Source: Amoebophrya sp. A120
Lineage: Eukaryota; Protista; Dinoflagellata
Length of the DNA: 64,000 bases
Reading direction: 5' to 3'
Assembly: GCA_905178155.1 (NCBI GenBank)
Contig: CAJINV010000020.1
Location: 682,001-746,000, forward strand
The stretch's first letter is position 1, and every line of letters starts with the position of its first letter. A program made the position numbers and the translations under genes. The notes under the pieces are model-generated. The model did no database searches and was not told where the DNA came from. It saw only the letters and a list, made by a program, of their open reading frames with translations. Of this stretch, positions 1-11,791 are shown piece after piece.

Positions 1-36
1 TGAAATAAATTCGAAAACTACAAACTCCTACCACAG

Positions 37-2617
37 ATCATCCACGAGGGCGGTGCATCGTATTCCGCTCTCTGGCGTCTGCTGGACGGGCGGATTGCGG
101 TGATCTATGAGATTGGGAACCTGTCGCCAATTTTCATCCCTTTGAACATCTACGTGAAGATCCTGCCCCCGTTGGATGAATTTCTCTTCCCCGCCGGAGG
201 TGCAACTGTCCTTCCCGACTACTCATATGCATTGCAAATATGTCTGGGTCTGGAAACTTGTGATGCCAAGTGGTGACGACTGAGCACACTCCTGAGTGCA
301 GTCAAGCATGACACATTTTCAGGACGCCTTCTCATGTGTAATGCGCATGAGAAACTGCGCTTTTGCATGACAAAGAATTCGCGCTTTTGTGGGGCCGCAC
401 GCAATACAGATTTTACAGGAGTGGTAGTGGAAGACACGCATTACAGATTCCAATTTTTCCAGACCCAGACATTTTTGCACTCGATAACCCCCCCGCCGAC
501 ACAACCTCCTTCGCCTCCATGGGCTGCGCCGCTTCGTTATGAAATGCAAAAGCATCGTACTAGTATAAATTGCATTACAAATTAGCTCAGCACTACAAAT
601 AAAATTTGTAAATGCTGTTTTACCTTAGGAAAGAGATTTGTCATGCCGAACAGCAATTACTACGAGTACGATACTTTTGCAGAGCATATTCGTCTCCTCG
701 GACTGCGTACCGCACCGAGCCGCGCAGGTTCTGGCACATCGACGGCACGGACGCGTTTGTCCCGGTGTCCAGCACCGGGGTGCAGTACCAACAGCAGGCT
801 GTTCTAGTACCTTCCGGAACGGGAACGACTAGTAGTACAAACGCGACGTTGTCTGCAATGATAAACAGTGACTACCCGACCACCTGGCGGCCGTTTCAGG
901 TGCACAGTATGGATTGGCAGCAGCGACAGAAGTCCCGGTTTGATTCCAGCAGCTTCATGTTTTCCTTCACGTGGTGGGTGGTCATGTTGCTGCTGAGCAT
1001 CACCTTTGTGCTCAGCTTGCCTCTCCTCTTCCTCAGTTCGATGTGCTGCTGCTTGCCGACGTGTCGGCAAAGAAGAAGCAGTGAATTTTTGATCGTAGCC
1101 GGCGGCTGTGAGGGGAACTGTGCGGCGATTGGGGGGAACTTGCGGGAGAAGCTGGCTTCTCTAAAGCGTACTGCGGCCACTGCGAGGGACACAAATTCGA
1201 TGAAACAAGTCGTGGAACAAGAAGATGAACCACTCCAGTGCGCCGAAGATTCATCGACAGCTGCGGGAACCACCAGAGCCAAACCGGAAAGAAATACCGG
1301 AGATACAACTAGCGCCACTGTCAATATGGTTGACCCCCGTCGCGAAGAACAAGTCGAACTGGCGAATCGGAAAATAAATCTTCCGGCGGGAAGATCATGC
1401 TCGTCCTCGTGCACGACGACGACTGATGTCGAAAATATTAAAGGACTACAACAGCAGCTGCAAGATGAACGGAGTTCCTGCAAAAATAAAAGACAAATGA
1501 AAGAACATGAACATGATCGTCAACAACGACAACGTCAACACGATATTATGATGAAGGAGGACGCAAAGTGGTCTACTTCACCTACTACACAGCCGGTGAA
1601 CATGGGTGAGAACCAAAACCATGAAGGTAGTTTCAAAACACTGCTTGAAGTAGAACAAGAAGCATCAAGCTGCTTGAAGACCGAAAATGCCAAAGACTTT
1701 GGCGCCCTCTACCTCGCCGACAAGGAGCTGCAGGCTGGTGAGCAGGAGAAGCAAATGCGGATGCCATGCAAAGAGTCCGATCTCGTCCTCGGCGAATCAG
1801 AATCAGTTTCGATCACCTCGGTGAATTTCACGGACGCCAACAGCACTGCGACGCCAGTTGACCAGGAGACGGATCAGACCTCCAAAACGGATTTGAATAC
1901 AATTTTCGTACCACCCGCTGGCGTGACGAAGGATGTTGACGATGAGAATGGTCTACAGCTTCAGAAGTACTACTCCGCTACTTCAACTTCCCCAGGGGAC
2001 GAAAAGAACCCCGACGAGAGGTTGAGTGCAGCTACTTCTGTAGTTGCTGTTCTGAAAAACTTGAGCCGGTGGTTCCGCGACAACCAAAACCAGCAGCAGT
2101 ACCTGCTTCCCCTTTTGCAGCTTCTCAACAGTCTGTGGTTCGGGTTTTGGGCCTGTGGCGCGCTCTATGACAGTGCACAACTCCCCCTCGTTCTCATTTC
2201 TCATGCAAAATACCAAATCCACGCTTTCCCTCCTGTCACTATTATGCATGACAAGTTCTGGCAGCCCAAACAGAACTACACTCCAGCGCAAATTTGTCAT
2301 GCAAAACCGGTACTTTTGCTGGACTGGTGCTTGTATTGCCGTTCACGCTATACAAATGAGGGGGAGGGGGAGTTGTGCATTCTCATACGCTCCTCGCCGT
2401 CTTCTTCTCGCACGACGACCCGATCCGCTGGCTTTTCCAGACCAACTGGAGCCTTTTCGGCATGGCGTTTTCGGTCGTCTTGTGCTTGTTGAAAATGCAG
2501 TTCTTCGCCGAGTTAGGAAATTTAAAACAGCAGATACTGCAGCGGCCGAGCTTGGAGTTGGGGCTGTTAGGGATTTTCTTGCTCGTGCTTACCGGGGTAT
2601 TGTCGAAGACGCTTTGA
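37..2617 (+). CDS. 5'-partial multi-exon membrane protein; first visible exon resembles the C-terminal blade of a GH33/BNR sialidase
   Basis: After acceptor ccacag|37 it reads IIHEGGASYSALWRLLDGRIAVIYEIG (YSxL..DGxIxVxYE, sialidase-like). The frame is rebuilt across introners 226-486, 538-688 and 2166-2387. Hydrophobic segments follow (FTWWVVMLLLSITFVLSLPLL and C-terminal TMs); stop TGA at 2617. Confidence 0.7.
226..486. mobile_element. TIR introner, family A (tgcaaatatgtctgggtctggaa)
   Basis: TAT..ATA ends, ~30-bp TIR, flanks actca/acccc. Removing it plus 5 nt gives ..PDY(P/S)PADTTSF.. Confidence 0.85.
538..688. mobile_element. TIR introner, family B (tgcaaaagcatcgtactagta)
   Basis: Perfect DR ttcgt (533-537/689-693); joins ..GCAASSPRTAY.. 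Confidence 0.9.
2166..2387. mobile_element. TIR introner, family C (tatgacagtgcacaactcccc)
   Basis: Perfect DR cgctc; joins ..ACGAL|LAVFFSHDD.. Confidence 0.9.
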
Positions 2618-3956
2618 TAGTGCAACATTTATTAAAATCTAATCACTTTCTCGTCCTGGTAGTTCTTGTTCTGCCCGGCGAATAAACCCAGGGTTAGTAC
2701 TAGTGCTGCAGAATGTGTCTGGTGGTATTGTCAACTGAAATTTTAAAGCAAAAAAGACAAGTACCCGATGCGGGAACTTGTATTTATTCGAAATTTTGTT
2801 TGCAAACGAAAAAAGGAATTTTTCAAATAATTTTTTGTACAATTTGGGTTTGATTGAAGATTATGAGTTTACCTTTGTAGTTTCAGAAGACGCTGCTTCC
2901 TGCGCAGGGCACAGGGTGCACCAGGTATGGCGTTGTCTCGATGCGCTTCATTTGTAGCACTTACATGTACAAAATGCGTTGTGGTCACTACAAATGCTCT
3001 ACTTGCTGTACTACACAACACGGCATTGAAGATGTGTCGAATTATGCAAATAGACGTAGAACAAGGACAAGCACAAAAGGATACACCATGAAAAATCCAG
3101 CTAACAAGATAACGCTCTGTAGCAACCCGCGCACAGGAGCCACAGTGTTCTCCCCTTTGAGGGGTCTAGTAATGTGAACTATGGATCACTCCAAGTAACA
3201 TATGTTGCACAGCCGTGCAATCAACGATCAGATCCGTCCCCCTGGTCCATGACGTGGCAGCAAGAGCCACGGGACTGAGCAGATGATCGAATTATATTTT
3301 TTGGTCTTAAACGATAACGACCCACTGTCACGATTTTTACTTGCATCTAAATTTTGTAAGCTGCACGACACCATTTCGCCTTTTGCTTCTCAGGCCAAAT
3401 GTCGCACGGTTCTTTAACGAGTTTATACATCCACAGTTAGTTTAAACAGTAGAGTAAAATAGCAACATTGATAACGTTGGACAAGCCTCAGAGTATAACA
3501 AGGTACCATGTTAGAGCACGTTCTCTTGGTCGCATATTTTGGGTACATTTTTCTTCTTTACTTAGACGCCACCAACGTTCTACCTAAGTTCAAGACCACT
3601 TCCAGAGCCGGTGTTGGCACCCCAGCCGCAGCTGGTACCGGCTCGAACTGTAAACATTTTTACAATTAACTTACTACACGACGGGTCGTGTCTTGTATCT
3701 ACCACCAACATCTGGTGGAAATCGAGGTCAAGAAAGAAATTCGTTTTATTTCAGCTTTTCCCCACCAGGACGAGCGCTTGCCAGCTTTCCAAAGCAACAA
3801 CATGACGGGGCCTCGACGTTGACTAACTTCAGGACCAATTTTCCTGCACTGCTTTGCCGGACAGGCAGGTGCCTGGAGTTCTTCTTGCTTTGCAAGTTGG
3901 CGCAAACCAACGGCGGTAGTTCAATAGCTGCTCCGTCGTGCCGGCAGTAGATCAAG

Positions 3957-6900
3957 ATGGGTCGGGAGTCGGATGACAATTGCACCGTCTACATCTGCTT
4001 GGAGGCCAAGCAGAGCCCCAGCCAGCAGGAGCTCGGGCAAAAGCTGGCCTCGAAACGGGATGACGACAAAATCGAGGCGCTGGAGCAGATCATTCTGCAC
4101 ATGGTCAATGGCGAAAGCTTTTCCCAACTGCTCATGCAGGTACTTGAACTTTTTATACCATCGTTATGATATTATGCAGTCATGGTGCACTACATGAGGA
4201 AACACACAGAAATTCTTTGCCACGATAACAACTCTTTTCCACAGAAATTCTTTGCCACTTATCGTGGTCAACTCTTGTGGAAGAGTGACCACGATAACAC
4301 AGAAATTCTTTTCCACAGAAACTAAGAACATAAGTCTCTGCTGCGCTGTGCAGCTCCACCAGACGTGCACCACCAGAAGTGCAGAACTGGCGGCGTTGCT
4401 TGTTTTAGCACCATCAGAAGTGCGTAACTCGCATGCCGGGCGTGCCATGTCAGGATGTCAGGATAAAGCAGTCAGTCAGTCAGTCAGTCAGCAGTCATGG
4501 TGCATGATTTTTACATATACTTCACCAGGTGGTCTCTAATCTCTTTCTTTCGGGGAATCCGCATGTAACTATTACTAATGCTGAGGGATTTCTATAAGTA
4601 CGACTACGATACTTTTTTTTTCAAAATCACAAAGAAATAGAATGCAAAACGTTCTGTACACCTCCTCTACTGTCATCAGGTTATCCAATACACGGTTACC
4701 TCGAACAACCACCGGATAAAGAAGCTTCTGATGCTGTACTGGGAAATCGTGGACAAGTATAAGGAAAACGGAGAGTGGAAGGAGGAGATGATCCTCGTCT
4801 GCAATGCCATCCGAAACGACCTCCTCCACAGTAACGAGTACGTGCGCGGGAGCACCTTGAGGCTCATGTGCAAAATGAGGTAAAGAACTTTGATAGAGAA
4901 GTGGTCCTCGCCGCGGAGGTGGAGAACGCTGCTGATTTCTGTCAACATATTAAAACGACGAGGAAGTATTAAGTGGATGTTGTGCATAGGAGCCTGATGC
5001 CCACGAAGGGGGAAAAAGCCCACCGTGCATGTGGATCGGAGAAAGACGTCGGGGTACTACCAATAAGGAGGCGTAGAAAGCCGTATTATGAAAGAATAAG
5101 AACGAGGCAAGAAGATAAACTCTACGAAGATGATCCTTCATATACTTCCCACAGGTACTACAAAATCTTGGAGCCACTGATCGAAGCGATCCTGAAGAAT
5201 TTGACGCACAAGCACGCCTACGTACGGCGCAACGCAGTCATGTGCGTTTTTGCCATCATAAAAACTTTTGGCATCGAGGTTATTCCCACGGCGCTGGAAG
5301 ACGTCGAGCAACTCCTGATGGTCGAGGTACAAGCGATTATATTGTAAATTTTTGTGCTGAGGGTGAGGTAAACGTGAAGAACTACATGTGATTTTTGCTC
5401 CCATAGCAATACTGAGATTCGCAATCAATTTTCTTTGCAAGCATGTGCATGAAGCTCCAAGCATGGGCTTCTCTCCATCATTACAGGGCGATCTGTCCAC
5501 CAAGCGCAATGCTTTCCTCATGCTCGTCAACTGCGACATGGATCGCGCGGTGCAGTTCCTCGTGTCAACCCAAGATTCCGTGCCCACGTCTGGCGATCTG
5601 TTTCAGCTCGCAGTGCTGGAGTTGATTCGGAAAGCGTGTCGGGGGTCCGCGCAGTCCGGCAACACCGCCAACATGCAGCAGAACAAGACAAAACTGCTAC
5701 GAATTCTGTACAACCTTGCCGACCCCGCGCTCAGCAGCTCATTAAGCAGCACGGCAGTTGCATACGACGTCGCTTCGAGTCTGGTACAACAACTTCTGAT
5801 AGCTTCCTGCTGCCTCAATACAAGACATGGATTTTCATCATCCGACTTGAACGGATGCTCGAAAGCATGCATGTTGAGGATCTAGTTCTTAGCTCAACAC
5901 GTCGACCAACCTCACACAATTAGCATGCCGAGATATTAGGATCTCCAACAGGCAGCTGCCCCCCACACAGTACTAGAATAGATGCTCTCGTAACAACTGG
6001 CCGTTTGAAGATCCTACTTGTTTTCCCAGCTACTTATCAGGTTTCTCTAACGGGGAACGCGCAAGCGGTGACTACCGCAGTGCAGAACTACGTAAATCTT
6101 CTCACCGAGCAAAGCGACAATAACGTGAAACTGGTGGTGTTGGGGAAGCTCAAGGAAGTGCGAAAATTTCACGGGGAGGTGGTGCAAAATTTCGTTATGG
6201 ACACGTTCCGCGCCTTGTCTTCTCCGTCCCTGGATGTGAGGAAAAAAGTCATGGACCTCTGCTTGCCTCTGGTAATATTTATTGCGAAAAACAAGTACTA
6301 CTACAACCCTGGTTACTTCTTCATTCTCCGAGACTTAGTTTCTCTTTCTGAATAAAACAGCGGTAGACTGCGACTTGCTTTATTTGACCTGGGATTTATG
6401 CATCAGAATGTTTTTGCTTTTGCAAATGCAACGAAAAATTAAAATGATAGAAGGGAAACTCAAACTGCACGATTACAGGTTTCTTCCAAGAATGTGAAAG
6501 AAGTGGTGGCCCTTTTCAAGAAGGAATTGATCAAGACGTGCGGGACCGACCAGAGTGACAAGGAGTATCGGCACGAATACAGAAAAATGCTTTTGAAAGC
6601 GCTGCACGTCTGCACGATGCACAGCGCAGAGGAAGCACAGACGTTGGTACTATTAGGGGATGGTGCAGTAAGAGTAACTGCAATTTTGTTGTTGTTTTTC
6701 ATGAATGAAGAAAAGTGATGCACCACAGGACAGTGTACAGTCACAGCTTGCTGTCGTGCTTCGCTGCGTTCATACGTCCATGCTAATCGGAACTGTCAAT
6801 GATCTCTGAATGCAACGCGGCGTTTATCATGATATAACATCAGGTCTATCTCTTAATCGACTTCCTGTCGGAAGCAGACTACAACGCCACGGCCAACGAG

Positions 6901-9900
6901 ACCATAATGTATCTTCGGGAGCTGGTGGCCACCTTCCCAGAAATTCGTAGCAGCATCCTGGCAAGGTTATACCAGACGTTGCCCGACATGCAGCACAGCC
7001 GGGTCTTGAGAGGGTACAAGAACTTCTAATGCTGAAAATTTATTTATCAACATTTTATTTTTGTCATTCATTCTCTGAGGAAGATTAAAGTGATTCGGAA
7101 GTAGAGCCGCTTCTAGGTAGTTCCTCGTTGATGACGTTGTTATGGGAGAATCTTCTTCTATAATTGATCTGTATCTGCTCCATATATCAGCACCCTGTGG
7201 CTGTTTTCTGAGTACAGCGAGAAGGAGGGCCTCGAAACCGCTCTGGAGTCCACGCTCGAGGTGCTTCGGCCGCTGCCAATCATTGCGCAGAAGGAGAAGG
7301 AGGAGAAGAAAGAGGACGTGACGAAAAAGGAGGTCGAGGAAAAGAAGGAATCGAAGCAGGTGCAAACGCGCACCGTGGTGCTTGCGGACGGGACCTACGG
7401 GACCGAGGCGGTACAGGAACCGAGCTCGGAGCCCGTCGTGGAGGAGAAAAAAACGATGCTGAAGACCCTGCTTCAGCTGGGCGACTACCTACTCGCGAGC
7501 TGTCTGGGCGTCGCCCTCACCCGGATGGTCGTGCGACTCGGGGGCAAGTGCGGTGCGGAAACGAAAAACGAAGTGTTGTTCGTGGTCGCGAATTTGATTC
7601 GCCTCCTGAAGGCCACGCACAGCGCCGCGGAGAACAACGACAGCGTGTTGCGCTTGCATTTGTGCATCCGGCTCTTGTATGGATTGCAAATATGTCTGGG
7701 TCTGGAAGATTGCAACTTGTCATGCTAAATCTGAATCATGCATAAATCTGTGTTGCATGAGCGCCAAAAGCTGCCCACTTTCGGCCAAGTTGGGAGGGAA
7801 TTTCTCATGCAGTATAGGCATGGCGAAGACCTCACAGAGTTTGTCATGCTAGGTCCCGCATTCCAGACCTCATGGGTCATAGAAATCCTGCATGACAAAG
7901 CTGGCATCCTTCCAGACCCAGACATTTTTACATTTGATATCTTGACCACGCCCGAAGGCTCGACGCCTGCACTGGACCGTGTCCGGCAGAACTGGAAAGG
8001 CAGCACGGGATATCAAATGCAAATGTGTCTGGGTCTGGAAACTTGTGATGCTAAAATGTGCATGATGAAAACACTTCCGAATTTTGCCCAGCATGACAAC
8101 TTTCCAAAATGCTTTCTCATAGGCAATCCGCATGACAAACTGCGTTTTTGCATGACAAGAGAGGCTGCGACTTTTGTTGGTTATGCAATACAGATTTCCC
8201 AGGAATGTAGAGCTAGCATTACAAGGTCCAACCTTCCAGACCCAGACATTTTTGCAGTGCATACGGGCAAAGAGGACCTGATGCGCGTGATCGAACTGGA
8301 AGCGCAGAACTCCGAGTGGAGTAGGGAAAAGCTAGTGGATGAAGCACAGGAGTCAGCGCAACTGGTATTTTCTAATTGACACGACAAGCACAACACGCAG
8401 AGCTTTATTCTCATCCCGCCTGGCCTATGCATGTGCATGTCTTCTACCACGACTACGAGTTAAGTTTCTTTGGTGCATAAAATTGAATTCAAGCCTACTG
8501 GGCGTCGAGGGTAATGAGACCGCTGCAAGACGGTTCCTATAAGAATACAACCCTGGACATGGAAGATGGAATAAAAACCACGACAAATAACAGATTCCTC
8601 CCGGCGAGGCGATTTGCTTCCGGCAGCTTCGCAGGGACGGCAGGGACCGGGTAGCGAACACGCTGGACTTATCCTGTGTAAAAACGTCCCCACCGAACTT
8701 CCCAGAGTCAAGATGGAAACCTTGCAACACAGTTGTCCCAGAAGCCTTGGGGGTGGTCTCACGCATGACAACTTTTTATCTGTATTGTAAGTGGTGCAGG
8801 TTCATCGCAAAAAGGAAGGGCAGCCACGTAACAAAGTCATCTGCTTATCCCGTCTACAGCTTTAGAATGAAATGCCAAAAATGTAGGAAGAAGAAAGCCC
8901 CTCATCGTTGGGATGCGCATCGGCATCACAGACGTCTTTCTAGATATAACTCTGCATGACAAAAAGAAAAACTCTAGGGTGTGGGCCCCGTTTTTTCTCA
9001 CGATAAGACTTCGATGACGAGGGAGATTTCAACATGGCCCGGGGAGCCCTGGACCAACTCGAAAAGGACGGGTCGCTCTTCGGGGAGCGGTTGGTATGAC
9101 AGTGCACAAGTCCTGCCCCTCCCCCTCGTTTGTGATGCAAAATCCCATATCCAAGTGCTGCCTTGTGGCACCGTTTGCATGACAGATTCTGGAAGCCTAA
9201 GAAATCAGTACTACGCGCATGGTTTTATGATGCGCAGGCTTCATATGTGCAGGTGTTTCTTTTGCTGCTCATGCAACCCTTATGAGGGTCAGGGGGAAGG
9301 GGAGTTGTGCACCCTCATAGTTGGCCAACGTGCAGCAGATGACAGGCCTCGCGGATCCGGTGTACGTCGAGGCTTTCCTGCAGGTTCACAGTTTCGACCT
9401 GCTCTTGGAGATTCTACTCGTGAACCGCACCAACGACATCTTGCAAAACTGCACCGTCGAGCTCTCGACCCAGGGCGACCTGAAAATCGTCGACCGGCCC
9501 AGCCCCGTCATGCTTAGCCCAGGCCAGCAGCAGATCGTCCACGCAAGCATCAAGGTATTAAAGAGCAGTGTCAATAATTTTGGTCGGAGTATAGTAACGA
9601 CGCATCTTCCACTTCTGTGCAGTTGCCATTGAATTTTTCTAGTACGCCATTGAAACGTATGAATAACAAACAAAAAGAAAAAGTTTAATTTAAAGTTCTC
9701 GGATTGTTCCTCAGGTGTCTTCCACGGAGACCGGCGTAATTTTTGGGTACGTGAGTTTCGAAAAGAAATCGGCGGTTGACAAAGAATCCATTGTTCTCAA
9801 CGAACTCCACGTCGACATTCTGGACTACATCGAAAAGGGCTCCATCCTACGACGTGCAAGTACGATCATCTTCACCATCATTTCGACTAAGACAATTAGT

Positions 9901-11791
9901 AATTTTTATGTGTGCAGCAAGATTTATCCACGGCCACATTCACATGAAAATTCAGATGTATACAGAGCCCTTCGTGTGGATGAAGATTGAATTTTTGCAT
10001 ACTCCTAAGCGACAGCATCAGCACACATAAAATGCGCATCAAAACGATATATGTGCGCAGGCGGTGGTGAAGATAGATGCTTTTGCACAGCATAGGCTTC
10101 CGAGCTGAAGTTTCGCACGATGTGGTCTGAATTTGAGTGGGAGAATAAGATCAACATCAACACGCAGTTCAAAGAGGCCGGCGCGTACCTGATCCACATC
10201 ATGAAGAACACCAACATGATATCCTGAGGAAAATAAACGTCCCCACCTCATAGTCAGGCTGGGAAATCAGCTAGTTTTGCTTCTGGCTGGTGTTGCGCAG
10301 CATGACAGGTTCTTTGGGCTCGAAATCTAAAAATCGCAGCTTTTAGCTAGTGCAGCTGCATCACAGATCTTTCATCTCATGCTGATTGTAGCATCGCAAA
10401 TGTCATCAAACAGCTGTAGAAAATGCGTCTCAACAACATGTTGGGGCTCCGTATGAGAGACATCTTATATTACACCATGGCGATTCCGATTTCTTGCATG
10501 ACGACTCTGGGGAGGTGGGGACGTTTTCCCACAGGATGCATGAGCATTGTCGGCCGGGCCGCCGCGTCGCCCACAACTACGTCTACTGGACCAGCGGCGA
10601 CAACGACCGCCGGCGCCGTGGCAAACGGCACCACTTCCTTTATCCTGAGTATAAACGTCCCCACATCAGAGCCAATGTGGGAAATCTGCTAGACAAATCA
10701 ACCAGCTCTGGTTGTTTCGCATGACAAGCTCTTTGCCCTCGTAGTGTAATACTACCAAAACACGAATAGAAAATGCTAATGCTTCCGCATGAGAAACTTT
10801 TTCTTTCTGTGCATGCAGATTTGATTGGCATGACAGTGAGCTGGGATGGGGACGCTTTTACGCAGAATATCCTCCCTGGCGAACGGGACGAAGCCCGCTC
10901 CGGTCGCGGAGAAGCGGTCGCTGCAGGCCATTTTGAACGCGGCCAACGCCGGAGGCGGGTCGAAAACTACGATAGCGGACACGGAGGACAACCCGGTGTT
11001 GCTGATGGGCATATGCATTGCAAAGTCGTGTCGTACTAGCACACATTGCATCACAAATTTCATCGGCAAGAACAAAAGTGGAGTTTGTCGTGCTGATTTA
11101 GGTTATTTCAGAATAAAAAATATTTGTAATGCATGACTGCGAGTGCGACGAAGACGATATCACTTTTGCAATTCATAAGGCAGGAACGATAGTAAGTTGT
11201 CCAAGGAGCAGTCGTTGCAGCTGCAGAAGGAGTCGAACAAGCAGAGCAAGAAGCACCTCAACATGGGGGAAATTTTCACGCAGTTCGAGGAGGCTTTGGG
11301 CATCAAAAAACTGCTTTCTATCATTTGTACAAACGTGGTCCACCTCCGGCCCAGAGTTTGAGTTGTCATGCGGATTTGCAATGACAGGAAAATCTGTATG
11401 AATGCGCACGTCGTCCTCCATGAGAGGCATTGATGGATTTTTGATGCGTTTGTCCTTGCTGACCTGTACACACTACACCGTCAGGACTGCAAGATGAACT
11501 TGTGATGCGTGAGTCCCAAAACTTCTAGGTTTGTGTTGCAAAGTCGATCACTCTGGGGAGGTGTGGGCCCCGTTATTTTTTCTCACGATACCTTCCCAGT
11601 CTAACTTTGTGGGTCTCAATCTCTACTCTCGGAGCATTTTCGGGGAAGACATCCTTGCGAACATCAGCATCGAGCAGATCCGCGACGACAAGGGCGTGCC
11701 GACCCGACTCTCCGGCTCCGTCAGGATACGGAGCCGTGCGCAGGGCATCGCGCTGTCCCTGGGAGAGCGGGTGTCGGCCGTGCAGCGGTGA
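3957..11791 (+). CDS. COPB1: Coatomer subunit beta (beta-COP), ~19 exons
   Basis: Conserved motifs KKLLMLYWEIVDK, EMILVCNAIRNDLLHSNEYVRGSTLR, HAYVRRNAV, QMTGLADPVYVEA, FRTMWSEFEWENKININT, NLYSRSIFGEDILANISIE, SVRIRSRAQGIALSLG. Nine GT-AG introns (4140-4679, 4880-5154, 5327-5486, 5784-6040, 6272-6478, 6647-6843, 7014-7190, 8365-8593, 9555-9714) plus nine introners. Confidence 0.96.
4205..4497. repeat. Intronic imperfect repeats (acagaaattcttt x3) and a (CAGT)n microsatellite
   Basis: Seen directly in COPB intron 1; the CAGT run is at ~4469-4497. Confidence 0.7.
7678..7939 (-). mobile_element. TIR introner, family A, reverse orientation
   Basis: Perfect DR tcttg; joins ..CIRLL|TTPEG... Its left interior matches the reverse complement of the right interior of 30669-30912. 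Confidence 0.88.
8011..8263. mobile_element. TIR introner, family A
   Basis: DR cggga/cgggc; joins ..KGSTG|KEDLMR.. Confidence 0.9.
8670..9005. mobile_element. TIR introner, family D (aaacgtccccacc)
   Basis: DR ggact/agact; joins ..NTLD|FDDEGD.. Confidence 0.85.
9095..9319. mobile_element. TIR introner, family C
   Basis: Perfect DR gttgg; restores the COPB motif RLANVQQMTG. Confidence 0.92.
9848..10094. mobile_element. Degenerate TIR introner (TAC..ATA, DR eroded)
   Basis: TIR tacgacgtgcaag..atcttcacca / tggtgaagat..ttttgcacagcata; flanks catcc/ggctt do not match. Removing it plus 5 nt restores DYIEKGSxSELKFRTMW. Confidence 0.75.
10220..10538. mobile_element. TIR introner, family D (TAT..ATG)
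   Basis: Perfect DR catga; joins ..KNTNM|SIVG.. Confidence 0.88.
10641..10869. mobile_element. TIR introner, family D
   Basis: DR tcctt/tcctc; frame restored. Confidence 0.85.
11012..11177. mobile_element. TIR introner, family B-like
   Basis: DR gggca/aggca; joins ..LLMG|RNDSK.. Confidence 0.85.
11319..11590. mobile_element. TIR introner, family D-like
   Basis: DR ctttc/ccttc; joins ..KKLLS|QSNFVGLNLYSRSIFGED. Confidence 0.88.

Noticed and set aside
11789-11791. Stop-codon reassignment, as reported for one Amoebophrya lineage
   Set aside because: Conserved exons contain no in-frame stops, and TGA, TAG and TAA all end genes at the expected positions. Apparent internal stops are explained by introns.
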